Shown one piece after another: positions 1 to 10,980 of a DNA stretch of 64,000 bases (positions are counted from its first letter, which is position 1; each line of letters opens with the position of its first letter). Source of the stretch: Porphyridium purpureum (Eukaryota). The DNA is taken from contig VRMN01000001.1 in NCBI GenBank assembly GCA_008690995.1, forward strand, positions 434,001-498,000. Reading direction: 5' to 3'. A program made the translations under genes and the position numbers. The notes under the pieces are model-generated. The model saw only the letters and a list, made by a program, of their open reading frames with translations, made no database searches and was not told where the DNA came from.

Positions 1-134
1 TGCTGAGCACGACGCAAGACATCGAGCGCGTGTTTCTCGGGTCAGAGGAAGATGAGGTCAAGTGCTCCGTGCTCAGTGGCGGGATCCTGTCCGACGACAA
101 GATGTCGTTTACTTTTGATATTATGCTGAGATAG
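1..134 (+). CDS. 3' end of an unidentified CDS entering from the left edge
   Basis: Open frame from position 3 (LSTTQDIERVFLGSEEDEVKCSVLSGGILSDDKMSFTFDIMLR) ending at TAG 132-134; no recognisable motif. Confidence 0.35.
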   Translation, partial: LSTTQDIERVFLGSEEDEVKCSVLSGGILSDDKMSFTFDIMLR

Positions 135-775
135 TATTGTGCAGGTAGTTCGGATGCATGCACAATGTAATCTCTGCAAGACCGTCGGAGTTCACGGCCG
201 GGTGATCCAACGGCTCGGTTTCGATTTTGAAAACTGCACGTCCTCTGCAATGTTAGCGCGGTAGAGCGGCACCACGTTGCGCTCTCCGGTAGCTAGAGAA
301 CGAGTGTTCTTTCGTGGCGTTTACGGTGACTCCTGCGGAATCCTGGACGACTACGAGCACGCTCAGGACAAGCCAACGTGCACTCATGCAATGGTTCCGA
401 GTACACAAAGATTGGAAATCTTGTTGGCCAAAAATGCAAGAAACCGTTCTTTCACAAGAGAAAAGGAAACGGCGCGTGCTTAAAACTTCCCATGGAACCA
501 CACGCGCTCTTGAATTTTTTATATCCTATATTCTTATTTTGTTCCTTTGTCAACCAGGCTACGCTTTCGCGCGTTCGAGAAATCCGACGCGTTCGTCATG
601 GGTGCGCAGGCGTGGTCGAGCTTCGCCCGTGGCCTATGCATGCTTTTCTCCGGCCCGAAAGACATGCAACGTCCAGGACAGAGAAGGCCCCGCGCTCTGT
701 TAAACGACAAGGCTATCTAATATTCTTGCGAAATATGTCAGGAAGTGTGAATTCGATTCTGCCTAATTGTTTCTC

Positions 776-1933
776 CTAGTCGAGCAGTCTTTGCTTGATC
801 TGGACTTTCATGGGTGTTCCCTCGCCAGCTGCGAGCGAAATGATGGAGATCTCGCCGTCCAAAATTTCAATGGCCTCGCGCACGCCGCCATAAAACTTGC
901 TCATTCCGGTATCCATCCTCCACGCCGCGCCATGACACGCACCGTTGATTCCACTGAATTGGATGGTGTGGCCTATAAACATTGTGCTTGTGTGGGTCTC
1001 CTTGAGCACGCGGCGGAGATCGCTGCATTGGGCAGCACTGAGCGCAGAGCCCATTGGCATACCGTACCTTCGCGTCCAAACCACGGCGTCTGGTCCTGCT
1101 AAATTGGACAACGCAAAGTCCATGTCTGCATCTTCGGCGCCGTTGCCTCGGACAAAGCTTTGTGTCCGCACATTGAGCGCATGCAGTGATTCCACACCGC
1201 CAGGAATTGTCTGTGGTATGACACCTGCATGCACAAACAAGTGGCTCCCAATAATCAGGGCCACTTTTGAGTAGGCAAATATCCGCCTCGAAATCGAGCC
1301 GCCTGCAAGTAGCGCCTGCGCGCGACGTTGTACTAGCGGGTGCTGTATCGACTGTGCACGTTGCTTCACGCGCTCAGAAACGTCGTCGAGCGCCATTTTA
1401 TTGGTCAGATTGAAAGTCTGAGCCCATGCGCCTGGCGCGACGTACCGGAAATCGCCCATCAGATTCATGACTTCATGGTTGCCGAGCAGCAGATGTACCT
1501 CACCCCCACACTCGCGAGCCTGTGCTTTGAGATCCCACAGGATATCCAGGGCACGAAACTCCTCGTCGCCGCGGTCAAGAACATCACCCAGTTGCACGAG
1601 CACCGCGTCCGCTCCGCGCCACGAGACTCTTCCGTCGGGATCGGAGCGGGCTACCTCAGTGGCATCCAGTAAAGCCAGCATGGCGTCTGCGTCGCCATGA
1701 ACATCCGGAAGCACCACGATCCGCCGCCGCGCGCGCAGGCGAGTCAGTTCGTTTGAGTTTTCCGTCTGTGGCCCGGGCGGTGGTACCTCTGGCCACCACG
1801 CGACACCAGCGCCCGGTTCAGTCGCCGCACAGCTTCCGAATGACGCATCGGCGCCACCCAGATTGGCCAGCAGTAGCGTCCACCATACCAGAGCGATGCC
1901 GAGTTGGCAAATAGCACGCCATCTTTCTATCAT
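776..1933 (-). CDS. Shewanella-like (SLP) PPP-family metallophosphoesterase with N-terminal signal-like hydrophobic segment
   Basis: Motifs DVHGD, GDVLDRG, GNHE, HAG, GHT and the SLP-type (I/M)DTGMS; N-terminus LGIALVWWTLLLANLGGADA. Confidence 0.9.
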   Translation of the reverse strand: MIERWRAICQLGIALVWWTLLLANLGGADASFGSCAATEPGAGVAWWPEVPPPGPQTENSNELTRLRARRRIVVLPDVHGDADAMLALLDATEVARSDPDGRVSWRGADAVLVQLGDVLDRGDEEFRALDILWDLKAQARECGGEVHLLLGNHEVMNLMGDFRYVAPGAWAQTFNLTNKMALDDVSERVKQRAQSIQHPLVQRRAQALLAGGSISRRIFAYSKVALIIGSHLFVHAGVIPQTIPGGVESLHALNVRTQSFVRGNGAEDADMDFALSNLAGPDAVVWTRRYGMPMGSALSAAQCSDLRRVLKETHTSTMFIGHTIQFSGINGACHGAAWRMDTGMSKFYGGVREAIEILDGEISIISLAAGEGTPMKVQIKQRLLD

Positions 1934-2262
1934 CCTCGTATTATCGCTTCCCGAGGACTTTGCAGAAATTGACAGCGGTCCGACGGCGGTTCGACGGCGG
2001 TTCGGAGGTGTGGTGAGCAGGAAGGCAACAAGCTTTAGGATTGCATAGACTTACTTTACCTTGACAATATGTACATTCAAATACTGTATACTGTGAGTCG
2101 GCTTTCCCTGGGTGCGGCCTCTAGCATTGCTTGAAGCACGGTGCTCCATATCGTCCCCGAGAAGCAAAGACTCGCGTCCAAAATAATTAAAAACAAACAT
2201 GCAAAGGTGACGAGGATGACAGCAATGGCGAAACAGCAGGACCGCTTGGAGCCCGCTGCTCA

Positions 2263-2973
2263 TTACAAGCACTCCAGACCAGACGCAGCACTTTCGGGCG
2301 CCGCAGCAGAAGCAGACGCACCGAGAGCGGATCTGCTGAGCCTCTCCTGCACGAGCAAAATGTCTTCCGCACCCTCCTCGTCGCTCTCGTCTTCATCACA
2401 ATCGGCCCGATATCCAGGCGGAGGGCCAAACACTTCAGGAGACGAAGCAAACGCCACACGGCGGCATGGAGGTGACAGCAGTGGTGTCACAGGCGAGAAT
2501 GACGAACCGTCCTTCTCCGACTTGACGCGCTTGGGTTCGTTGCTCGACTCTAGTCCAAACGAAAAATTCTTTTCGCGCTTGCCTAGCATCGAAACTGGCT
2601 GCGAAGGCGACGGGTCTGCGTCTAAGCTACGGTCCTTGGCATTCGGACTCTTTCTTTGTTCTTGGTCAGGCGGGTTAAAATAAAAATCCCAGCTTTCCTC
2701 CATGACCTCGCTGAGGAGTGTTTGCTTCTGCTTCTGCCTTTGTTGACAGTCAAACGTGACACACGCGGAATTCGCGGACGCCACTGCGTCGCTACACGAA
2801 CACTTCAACTTATTAAATGCCTTCAGCCAATCACACGCCCTATACAAGCCCGTGTTCAGCCGCGTGTGCCGCTCGGTGCTTCCGTCAAAGTCCTCTCGCG
2901 CGCCAAACGTCGTGGGCAGATCATGAATATGCGCGAGCAACTCATGCTGCGCCCTCTCCATCCCCACGCACAT
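2263..2973 (-). CDS. hypothetical protein with acidic/Ser-rich C-terminal half
   Basis: ~236-aa ORF preceded by the GA-rich leader seen before other genes here; no family motif recognised; start uncertain (2973 or 2961). Confidence 0.55.
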   Translation of the reverse strand: MCVGMERAQHELLAHIHDLPTTFGAREDFDGSTERHTRLNTGLYRACDWLKAFNKLKCSCSDAVASANSACVTFDCQQRQKQKQTLLSEVMEESWDFYFNPPDQEQRKSPNAKDRSLDADPSPSQPVSMLGKREKNFSFGLESSNEPKRVKSEKDGSSFSPVTPLLSPPCRRVAFASSPEVFGPPPGYRADCDEDESDEEGAEDILLVQERLSRSALGASASAAAPESAASGLECL

Positions 2974-3419
2974 CCGCACACTCCAACGGCGCGGCTCTTC
3001 GTCTCACACCCACCCGTCCTCCTCCCAACTCTGACCTCGCTCTCTCTCTCTCTCTCTCTTTCTCGCCCTCTCGACACGACTATCTCTTCTTCCTTCGCGG
3101 TCTTGTCGGTCTTCCCGGTTACCGCACCACGCCCTCGTACCGTTAACTGGGCCTTCCTTCAACCTCCCTCAATCACGCGTTCAAATCCCCTCCAGCCAAC
3201 ACCGGCGCTTTCAGCCGCAGCTCGTTTTCACGCTTCGTCAGATTCCGTGATGTTTTAACGCTTTCTTATCATAAAAGGTACAGTCCTCGTGAACCCAAAC
3301 GCAGAAACATGACTGTACACTACGCGACATCGCACATCTGAAAATTGAACGTGCAACGCTAAACAAACGTAAACGTCTACTATATAATATGTAATTTTTC
3401 TCTTCCACAGCCAGCTTCT

Positions 3420-3532
3420 GGGTCTGTGGCTCAATTGGTAGAGTGGCCGCTTAGCACGTTCGAAGCCTCAAGATCGATGTAGCTTAGAACCTTGATTGCG
3501 GCAGGTACCGGGATCGAAGCCCGGCAGATCCA
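3420..3532 (+). tRNA. tRNA-Ala(AGC) with a 40-nt intron at the canonical 37/38 position (3457-3496)
   Basis: Acceptor GGGTCTG/CAGATCC with G3:U70 Ala identity pair; D-arm GCTC/GAGT; anticodon stem GCCGC/GCGGC with loop TT-AGC-A|intron|T; T-arm CCGGG-ATCGAAG-CCCGG; upstream TATATAA ~3381. Confidence 0.93.
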
Positions 3533-3535
3533 AAC

Positions 3536-3541
3536 TTTTTT
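3536..3541 (+). terminator. RNA polymerase III oligo-T terminator of tRNA-Ala
   Basis: TTTTTT 3 nt after the discriminator base. Confidence 0.75.
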
Positions 3542-3870
3542 GGTGTGTCTTTTTGCTGCGAACAGACTGTTGAGATGTGCATGACGAAGGGCGAGGATTC
3601 TTCGAATGCACCATGGCACGCCAACTTCATTTTGCCCTCTCCTTCTTACTTAACGCCCTCTATTTCCGCTCCGCGCATCGCGCTACAGGGCTGATGCTTC
3701 TTCACCTGCCTTGATTCTGAATCAGTAGATGCATTCATGGCTTCACATGCGCCGCAGCGTGGCAGAATCGCGCGTTCTTTGTCTCACTATGTATGCTAGC
3801 CTTTGCTCTCCAAGCAAGTTTAATAAAGATCGACCGGATGCTGTGTGATGCGTTTCGCTGGTCAGCGCAG

Positions 3871-6800
3871 TCATTTTCTGTACTTCGTGAGGAATGGGTG
3901 TCGTAGCAGTTGCTTGGCCGTCCATCGCAGCTGCGGGTCGGCTGCCCAGCACTTCTTCAGAAAGTCCCGTATTTCGCTCGACAGATAGTCTGGGACAGGT
4001 GGGTGCTCGTCCTCGACCATTTTGAACAGCACCTGCATGCCAGGTAGGTCATGATACGGACGTCGCCCCGTCGCAATTTCCAGGACTGTGCATCCCAGGC
4101 TGAAAATGTCCACGGCAGAGGTATAGGTCTGCCCCTTGGTGATCTCTGGCGCCAAGTACCACGGCGTTCCCACCATCGTGTCTCCAGATGCAAAAGTCTG
4201 TGCGTACGAGGCACAGCTGACTCCGAAATCGGTAATCTTGATGATTCCGGACGCTGACACCATGATATTAGCAGGTTTCAAATCACGGTGCGTCACGCCA
4301 TTCTCGTGCAAATATGCGAGCCCCTCAAGCACCATTGTGCTGATTTCTGCCACCAGAGGCTCTGGAAATGCATGGAATTGCGCCAGGTGCTCCGCGAGCG
4401 ATCGACCGTCTACGTACTCAACCACCAGATTCAGGTCGTTCTGGTCTCCGACAAAGCATCCCTTGTACTCAACGACGTTCTTGTGCAGCAGACCATTCCA
4501 AATACGCAGCTCTTGGAAGGCCTTGCGGTCCACCCCGCAGAGCGGATGGTGCTTGATTTCGGCTTGCTTTGGGTCCTTGCGTGCATTGCTCTGACCAGCT
4601 TTCGCATCCGCGGGCCCGCACTTGCACTCGAGGACCGAGCCCACCTTGTGAAACTGCTTGATTGCAACAAGTTCCTCGCTTCTCAGGTTCTTGGCAAGAT
4701 AGACGGTGCCGTATCCGCCCCGGCCCAGTTCCTGCCCGAGCTCAAAGACGTCCTTTTCCAAGAGCTCGCCAAGCTCTTTGCTCATTCTCATGTTTTCCGG
4801 GCCATCTGCTACGCCGGGCGTTGAGACGACCCCTTCAGATTTCAGGTTTTCCGCGGCCTCCTTTTCCTGAATCTGCTTCTTGAGCTCAAGCGCTCGCAAG
4901 TAATCCGTCAGCTGCACAATGCCCGGATCGTTGCGATTCGAGACCGAGCCCCTGCGAATTTCGTACATTTCCCCTTGGTTGAGCGGCTTTTTCCCGTGCG
5001 GTGACGCATTAAAGTGATGATGCGCTCCGTTTCCATTCGCCAGTTTGGGTCTCTCTCCGAGTCGCTTCGCACCCTTTTCTTGGTACGTTGCAGAATCACC
5101 CCAGTCATCAAGACCACTCTTATCATCCAGAGCTGCAGATTCTCGGCCGATGGCGAGCATTTTGCCGCTCGGCTTGAACGCCGACTTTGACTTGAGAGGT
5201 GCACGCTGGATAAGGCGCGCAACCGAAAGGATTTCTGCCGGTTCCTCATGACGCGCAGCAGCTTCGTCCTCAAGTTCGGACACAAGTAGCGACTTGAGGT
5301 CGTCAAGATTAGCGAGCAGGCTCTGGTCCACATTGCGATCGCGGCAATTGTGCGCGAGCTCGTCCATTTTCGCGACAACTTTTGCAGTGATGCGATGCTG
5401 TTCATCGGAATCCCCGCTCGAGCAAATTCGAAGCAAGGTTGCAAACGCCTCGTTCTTCCTCGTATCGCCCGCATCGCGGATGCTGATGCACGCGTGGATG
5501 AGAAATACCACGCCTTGGTGCTTCAGAAGAGACACACATAATCGCGCGTCGTCGGACATGTTCCGCATGGCCAGGACCAGGTCCAGACTAGGCGACTGCT
5601 GCAGCTGCCACTCATCCATGGTCTGGTCAATCAATCGAATAGCACGCTTGCACAGCGCGGCCGCACCGCCGCATTTGCCCAGAATGTGTCTGCCTGTTTC
5701 GCTAATGGCGATATTCCCAAGGATGCGAGCACTTTCTGATGCGACGGCCGTTTTGATTGAACCGGGCAGGATACGAAGAATTTCGGACAAGAATCCGGCC
5801 TTCATAAGCGCATGGTGCCAGTTCAGGTTCGATGAAAAGTCTGCCAGTGCACTGACAGCATGCAACAGATATTCTTCATCTTTGCCGTAGACAGGATGTT
5901 GTAGTAGTCGGACAAGCAGCGAGAAAATGGCACCATCCGTGCGCTTGTTCAGCGCATCTTGGAACTTCCATCCGTGCGAAGCCAGCTCTGCGATGATCAC
6001 AACGCTTTCTAAAACCGCTGCCTTACAATGCTGCTGCTCCATCGTAGAGCTCAAAGCCACAAGTGCCGGGTCCTTCTCTAGGCACCACTGCAACACATTC
6101 ATCAGGCCCTGGATAGTGCCTTCTCGACCACAGTGCGCGGCCATGTTTTTGCTGCTCGTCACGAGGTTGCGATGAATGCTAACCACCACGCTCGCCACCT
6201 GCGTCGAAACAACGCCGACGCACTCGTCCAGCACGGCCATTGTCGCTTGGATTGCTTTGGCGTCCAGGAAGAGAGGCATCGCGTGCTCGTATTTGGACAT
6301 TTCCAGTAGCACTTCGAGCGCAGCAATGCGATTCGCCAGACCCGAGCTCTTCGTCATCGCGATAGCTAGCAACTTTGTGATCATGGCCGTGCAAATACAT
6401 TTGTCGCGTTCGCTGGCCTCGGGTCCGACCATCTGCCTCTTTAACACGGCCAAGCATTGTGGCAGCGTCGCCTCTTCTGCTAGAAAACGCGGCGAGCCAA
6501 GCGCAGGAATCTGGGGTTCGGAACGTGAGGACTCAAGCTGCGCTTGCGCAAGCGGTCGCTGCTGCGGCTGTGGCTGCGGCTGGCGCGGATTTCCGGTCGG
6601 TTGGCCTTTATCCTGCAGTTTTGCTGCAGGAAGTGCAATCTTTCGGTCAATCAACACACTCTTGCGCGTCGCTGCGCGCGGCACATTTGCCGCTGCGGCA
6701 GCCTGCTGTGGCTTCATGGCAAAGCCCATTCTTTTCGAAGGCGCTTTGGTGGCCGCTGCTGGTACTGCAGACTTTCCACTTCGTGGGGTTTTCCCACCAG

Positions 6801-6951
6801 AATTACTCGGCGCCTGGTTTTCCTGGGCCGCGGATGCCGCAACTACATTATTCCGACTCGTGACGTGAGGAAAAGCGCTCTTTTGACCAACAGGCGCCGG
6901 TGCACTCGCTGCCGCCTGCTTTTTGCGGCGAGCTCCTCCAAATAGTCCCAT
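3871..6951 (-). CDS. STE/MAP3K-like Ser/Thr kinase (Cdc15/MAP3K-epsilon-like catalytic domain) with an N-terminal ARM-repeat-like helical region
   Basis: GRGGYGTVY, VAIK, HRDLKPANI, DFG, GTPWYLAPE, DIFSLGCTVLE, EHPPVPDYLS; middle region has ARM-like helical repeats (SARILGNIA, VLAMRNMS); start taken at MGLFGG (6951), frame open to 7038. Confidence 0.9.
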   Translation of the reverse strand: MGLFGGARRKKQAAASAPAPVGQKSAFPHVTSRNNVVAASAAQENQAPSNSGGKTPRSGKSAVPAAATKAPSKRMGFAMKPQQAAAAANVPRAATRKSVLIDRKIALPAAKLQDKGQPTGNPRQPQPQPQQRPLAQAQLESSRSEPQIPALGSPRFLAEEATLPQCLAVLKRQMVGPEASERDKCICTAMITKLLAIAMTKSSGLANRIAALEVLLEMSKYEHAMPLFLDAKAIQATMAVLDECVGVVSTQVASVVVSIHRNLVTSSKNMAAHCGREGTIQGLMNVLQWCLEKDPALVALSSTMEQQHCKAAVLESVVIIAELASHGWKFQDALNKRTDGAIFSLLVRLLQHPVYGKDEEYLLHAVSALADFSSNLNWHHALMKAGFLSEILRILPGSIKTAVASESARILGNIAISETGRHILGKCGGAAALCKRAIRLIDQTMDEWQLQQSPSLDLVLAMRNMSDDARLCVSLLKHQGVVFLIHACISIRDAGDTRKNEAFATLLRICSSGDSDEQHRITAKVVAKMDELAHNCRDRNVDQSLLANLDDLKSLLVSELEDEAAARHEEPAEILSVARLIQRAPLKSKSAFKPSGKMLAIGRESAALDDKSGLDDWGDSATYQEKGAKRLGERPKLANGNGAHHHFNASPHGKKPLNQGEMYEIRRGSVSNRNDPGIVQLTDYLRALELKKQIQEKEAAENLKSEGVVSTPGVADGPENMRMSKELGELLEKDVFELGQELGRGGYGTVYLAKNLRSEELVAIKQFHKVGSVLECKCGPADAKAGQSNARKDPKQAEIKHHPLCGVDRKAFQELRIWNGLLHKNVVEYKGCFVGDQNDLNLVVEYVDGRSLAEHLAQFHAFPEPLVAEISTMVLEGLAYLHENGVTHRDLKPANIMVSASGIIKITDFGVSCASYAQTFASGDTMVGTPWYLAPEITKGQTYTSAVDIFSLGCTVLEIATGRRPYHDLPGMQVLFKMVEDEHPPVPDYLSSEIRDFLKKCWAADPQLRWTAKQLLRHPFLTKYRK

Positions 6952-9045
6952 GGTTGTCGGCACTGTCTCTTCACGGGTTCTGCTCGGACCTGTCTGGGCG
7001 GATTCAGAAAGACTCGGAACGCACCTCCAGGTATGCAATGGAATCCTTTTTTCAGAACAATGACTCCTCGCAGTTTGGCTCTCTCGTAATCGTGGATCCT
7101 GTGCAAGTAAGAGTCACTTTTGGACTCTGACTTTCTTCTTAGCGAGTTGAACCCTGCACACCCAGCTGCCTTCTTTCTTCACCGTCAAAATCAAAGAGCC
7201 AACCAAACACAGCCGTGTCCAAGGCGAAACACGGCAAGATATTGAGTGACTCGTCGCGACGCCCGAGCTTCTCGTCGTGTCGCCTGTCGAAGCCCGTGCA
7301 ATCGTCCCGACCTACCCTTGTACCTTGCTTGTCTGTATTTGTGTCTCTGCTCTTTCGTACCTGAGGCAGCTATCCTTCTTGTGTGTCCTGAGCAATCCAC
7401 GATTCACTTATCACTCCGAAGCTTCACCGCAATAGGCGCATTCATTCACTCCCTCCGTTGGCCAGGCCAGTAACGAGCCGCATAAAGGAGCGTGCCGCTT
7501 GTTATCTCTCTGAGAATAAGACAACCCCGCGAGCCGTTTCTAGACTGTGCCAAGAAGCCAGAGGCAGCCAGCCAACAAACCAGACGTCCGGCTGCTCGCC
7601 ACGCAGAACAGACCTCAACAAACAAGCCGCCTGCAACTCCTCGTATTGATAAAAAAACCTGGCTACTGCTACTGCTGCTGCTGCTTCGGATGATGGTGGA
7701 GCTACTGGTGCTGGTCGTACTGCAGCATCATCATCCTGTCCATGCACCCACCAACCAAGACGCACACATTTTACCACGCCCGCACGTACGCCAGCTCGCC
7801 GCGCCGACCTGGTGACCGTTACCACTTCCGTTTCAAAATCCAGCCCAACTTTCAAACCGTCCACCTTCCCGCGCCCAACTGGCTAACTGTACGTCCAAGT
7901 ACACTTCCCTCCTCAACAGGCTGCTTTTCTTAACTCTGGCGCGTTTATTATTTAATCTGGCGTAGAATTAAAAATATCCCCCTTTTTCCGGTCTGTCATG
8001 TACGCATTCCTTCCCGCACTTCCGTGCTCGTGTTGTTGTTGGACAGAAGCGACGACGGTGAGCGAGCACGCGCGCGATCGGGATGTTATTTGTATGTTGT
8101 TTTGTATGAGTTGCGTGATTCTTTTGTGCGTGGAAACGCGTGATTGTGGCTGATGAGGAAGTGCGATGATGCGGACTGGGTGAGGGGAAGTGATCATGAA
8201 GCAGCAGCAGCTGAAAAGGAAGAACAAGGCGAACATGAAGAAGCGTGTTCAATCAAATCGATGAGAACGGAAGTATCACGTAATAGCATATGACGCAAAG
8301 GAGCGCGCATGACCAGCGCACTAAACAAGAAGCGCTGCTACCACCACTACGACCGCCATGTGCTAATGTGGCTGCTATGACAACCACTGCTATGACGCCT
8401 AGCGGTATTCATGCTTTTATGGATTTTGGGCTTTTGGGGGTTTTGGTGTTTGCGTTGGTAGAGGAGGCGTTGTGTCGTAGCAAGTGACTTAGTGAGTGAG
8501 GAGCTTGAGCTGAAGGGCGGAAGAAAGGGTGTGGACGAGGAAGGAGAGGGGAAAGAGGGAGAAGGTGGGTTTGTGGGACAAGCCGCTGGAGGAGGGAGGA
8601 GGTAAACAGGGGGAGGGGGAAAGTTCGCGTGTGTGTGTGTGTGTGTGTGTGTTGTGGTGGGTGGTGGTGTGTCAGTTGCTGGAGAGAAACGGGATTTGAG
8701 GGGGGTGGAAGACGCGAGTAACGGGAGTGGGGATGAATATGGCGTGGGTTTAGAAGAGAAGAAGAGCATTTTTTTGACGTGAGGGCGAGCGGTGGTGTGT
8801 GTCTGTGGATTGCGGCGGTGACGGTCGGCGGATCGCCAGGGCATGTCGGCGTGGAGAGAGCAAGAGCGGGGGCGTGCGTTGTGCGGACACTGCGAAGCGT
8901 GAGAGTGGCAAGTGTCGAGGCGTTAGACTTTCCGCAGTGGTGGGGAACGTGCACGCGCGGATCAGATTTCGTTTGTTTTCCGTCCTTGTAGAAGTGAAAG
9001 CGCGCGCGCGCGCGCGAGGGTCGGTGTGTCGCCGGTGCATGCGTG

Positions 9046-10560
9046 ATGGGCGACGTTTTGGATGACGCGGAAGAGCTGATGCTCGCTCCAGACGGAGAGG
9101 ATGACCAGGAGACGCAGCATGTGACCATGTGGAACCGAGTCGAGTGCCGCAAAGTGGCGGGAAACGCCGCACCGCTGCGCAAGAACTTGGACAAGTACTT
9201 GACCGCGCACCCAGAGTGCGAAGTGTACTGTGGCCAGGACAAGCATAACTTGGGCGTTGGCGAAATTGATCCGAGGACTGGCAAGCGTATCGAAAAGGCA
9301 AATGAGCATGTCGCCATTTGGCATAACACGGAATGTCGCAAGATCACAGGGAATGCTGCGCCCCTGCGGAAGAATTTGGATGCGTATCTAAAGCGCAACC
9401 CAAACTGTGTGATCTACAATTATCAGGACCGCTACTTGGATAAGAGCATTGTCGGACACAAGCAAAAGGCAAAAAGGCCTCCGTTTGTACCGGAAGAACA
9501 AAGACGGGTGCTGGAAGAACTGCAGATTTTGCCTCAGATTGCACAGCTGAGTTTCATGAACCATGACTCTTCGCCCTCGGTGGACAGGGAGAATAACGGG
9601 GCTTTGCACAGTAATGCGACATCAGTGGTGAGCACTGAGTACGAGTACGCGGATAGCTCTTCCCTTTGGATTCCGGCGCGTCAGTCGGGAACTTCGCTCA
9701 ATAGTACCGGCTTCAGTACGGGCAGCCACGAAACAAACAATAACCCGTCACCGTACGGCCAGGAACAGCACCATGAGGTGTATTTGGATTCCGCCGAAGC
9801 GGCTGGACACGTGCATGAAGGAGGTCAGACTGGCGTGATGCCACTTGGCTCGTGGGTGACCTCTCGCGTCGAATTTGAAAGGTCTCTGGATTCAAGCCCT
9901 GCGCAGGGGCCTGAAAGTGCGAAGCCACAGGAGGAGCAGCAGGATCCAGAGACTAGGAACAAAGCGGCGGTTTACTCAGAAATGCCGGTCGCCGTTGCGC
10001 AATTACGCAAGTCGCTTTCGATTGAGCAGCAGTTGAGACTGAAGCAACAGGGGACAGGAATGAGCATTCTTTTGGACAGCAATGCTGCCGCACAGGTGGC
10101 ACATCTTGAAGGGCTTGCGCCTCAGTTGAACCCTGGGATCAAGTCGTCGCTGTCGTTCTTCCTGGAACAAAATGGCATGGGAATGAAGCCGTCGGTTTCG
10201 TTTTTACGGGACACCAACGAATTTTTATACGGCACTCCAATGGCCATGTCAATCGAGAATGGCAACGACCCGCTCTTTCACACCGTGCATGAGAGCTCAA
10301 ACTTGCACAAACCCCTCAGCACGACCGACTTTTTGGATGTGGGCAGCATGAACATGCAGACTCCGCAGGAGTTTGGCATCTTCTTTAACCATGGCGTCTC
10401 ATTGGGAAAGAGCATGGAGAGACCTCGTCCGGGATTTGTATATGGACCTGGGAGTAACGTGCACGGAGGTGGATTTGCCCAAGAATTCCGCGACGCAAGT
10501 ATGGGCTTTTCACCGAGCAACTTTTTATCGAGGCACAATGGCAATCAGTATATGGAATAG
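9046..10560 (+). CDS. protein with two tandem BRK-like domains and a long disordered tail
   Basis: Two repeats HV.(M/I)W....CRK(V/I).GNAAPLRKNLD.YL...P.C.(V/I)Y resembling the BRK domain of Brahma/CHD7-Kismet. Confidence 0.75.
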   Translation: MGDVLDDAEELMLAPDGEDDQETQHVTMWNRVECRKVAGNAAPLRKNLDKYLTAHPECEVYCGQDKHNLGVGEIDPRTGKRIEKANEHVAIWHNTECRKITGNAAPLRKNLDAYLKRNPNCVIYNYQDRYLDKSIVGHKQKAKRPPFVPEEQRRVLEELQILPQIAQLSFMNHDSSPSVDRENNGALHSNATSVVSTEYEYADSSSLWIPARQSGTSLNSTGFSTGSHETNNNPSPYGQEQHHEVYLDSAEAAGHVHEGGQTGVMPLGSWVTSRVEFERSLDSSPAQGPESAKPQEEQQDPETRNKAAVYSEMPVAVAQLRKSLSIEQQLRLKQQGTGMSILLDSNAAAQVAHLEGLAPQLNPGIKSSLSFFLEQNGMGMKPSVSFLRDTNEFLYGTPMAMSIENGNDPLFHTVHESSNLHKPLSTTDFLDVGSMNMQTPQEFGIFFNHGVSLGKSMERPRPGFVYGPGSNVHGGGFAQEFRDASMGFSPSNFLSRHNGNQYME

Positions 10561-10980
10561 CATTTCGCGTTTCCAGATAAAAGCGTCCGTTTCGCATGGC
10601 ACCGTTCGACTCGGGCATTGTATAAAGAAGAAGAGCTCTGAGAAAGCGCCGCGTGCTCGCGCGGCATTCGATTGCACTTGCGTCCGTTTCGTCTTTCTAT
10701 CAAAAACACTGGCACGCATACACGAATGTTGGCCTAGCGTTTACGCTTGATCCCGCACGTATTGTCGCGAGAATCGAACGGCGTAGGAGTCGAGGAATCG
10801 CATTTATCTTTCTTCTTTGGATCTCAGCGATAGCGGCAGAGTGCATGAACCACAAAAAAGAAGTGTCGGTACATCCACCTCGTTCCTCTTATTGGAATGG
10901 TTTCGCAAAGTTTCGTCCTTCTCTGTACCATTTGGCACTGCATTCATTTATTGGATCCCGCTTCCTTGTCACCGATCCTC

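Noticed and set aside
7100..9040. Many overlapping ORFs between the kinase and BRK genes
   Set aside because: Explained by simple repeats and GC-rich leaders; no coherent protein
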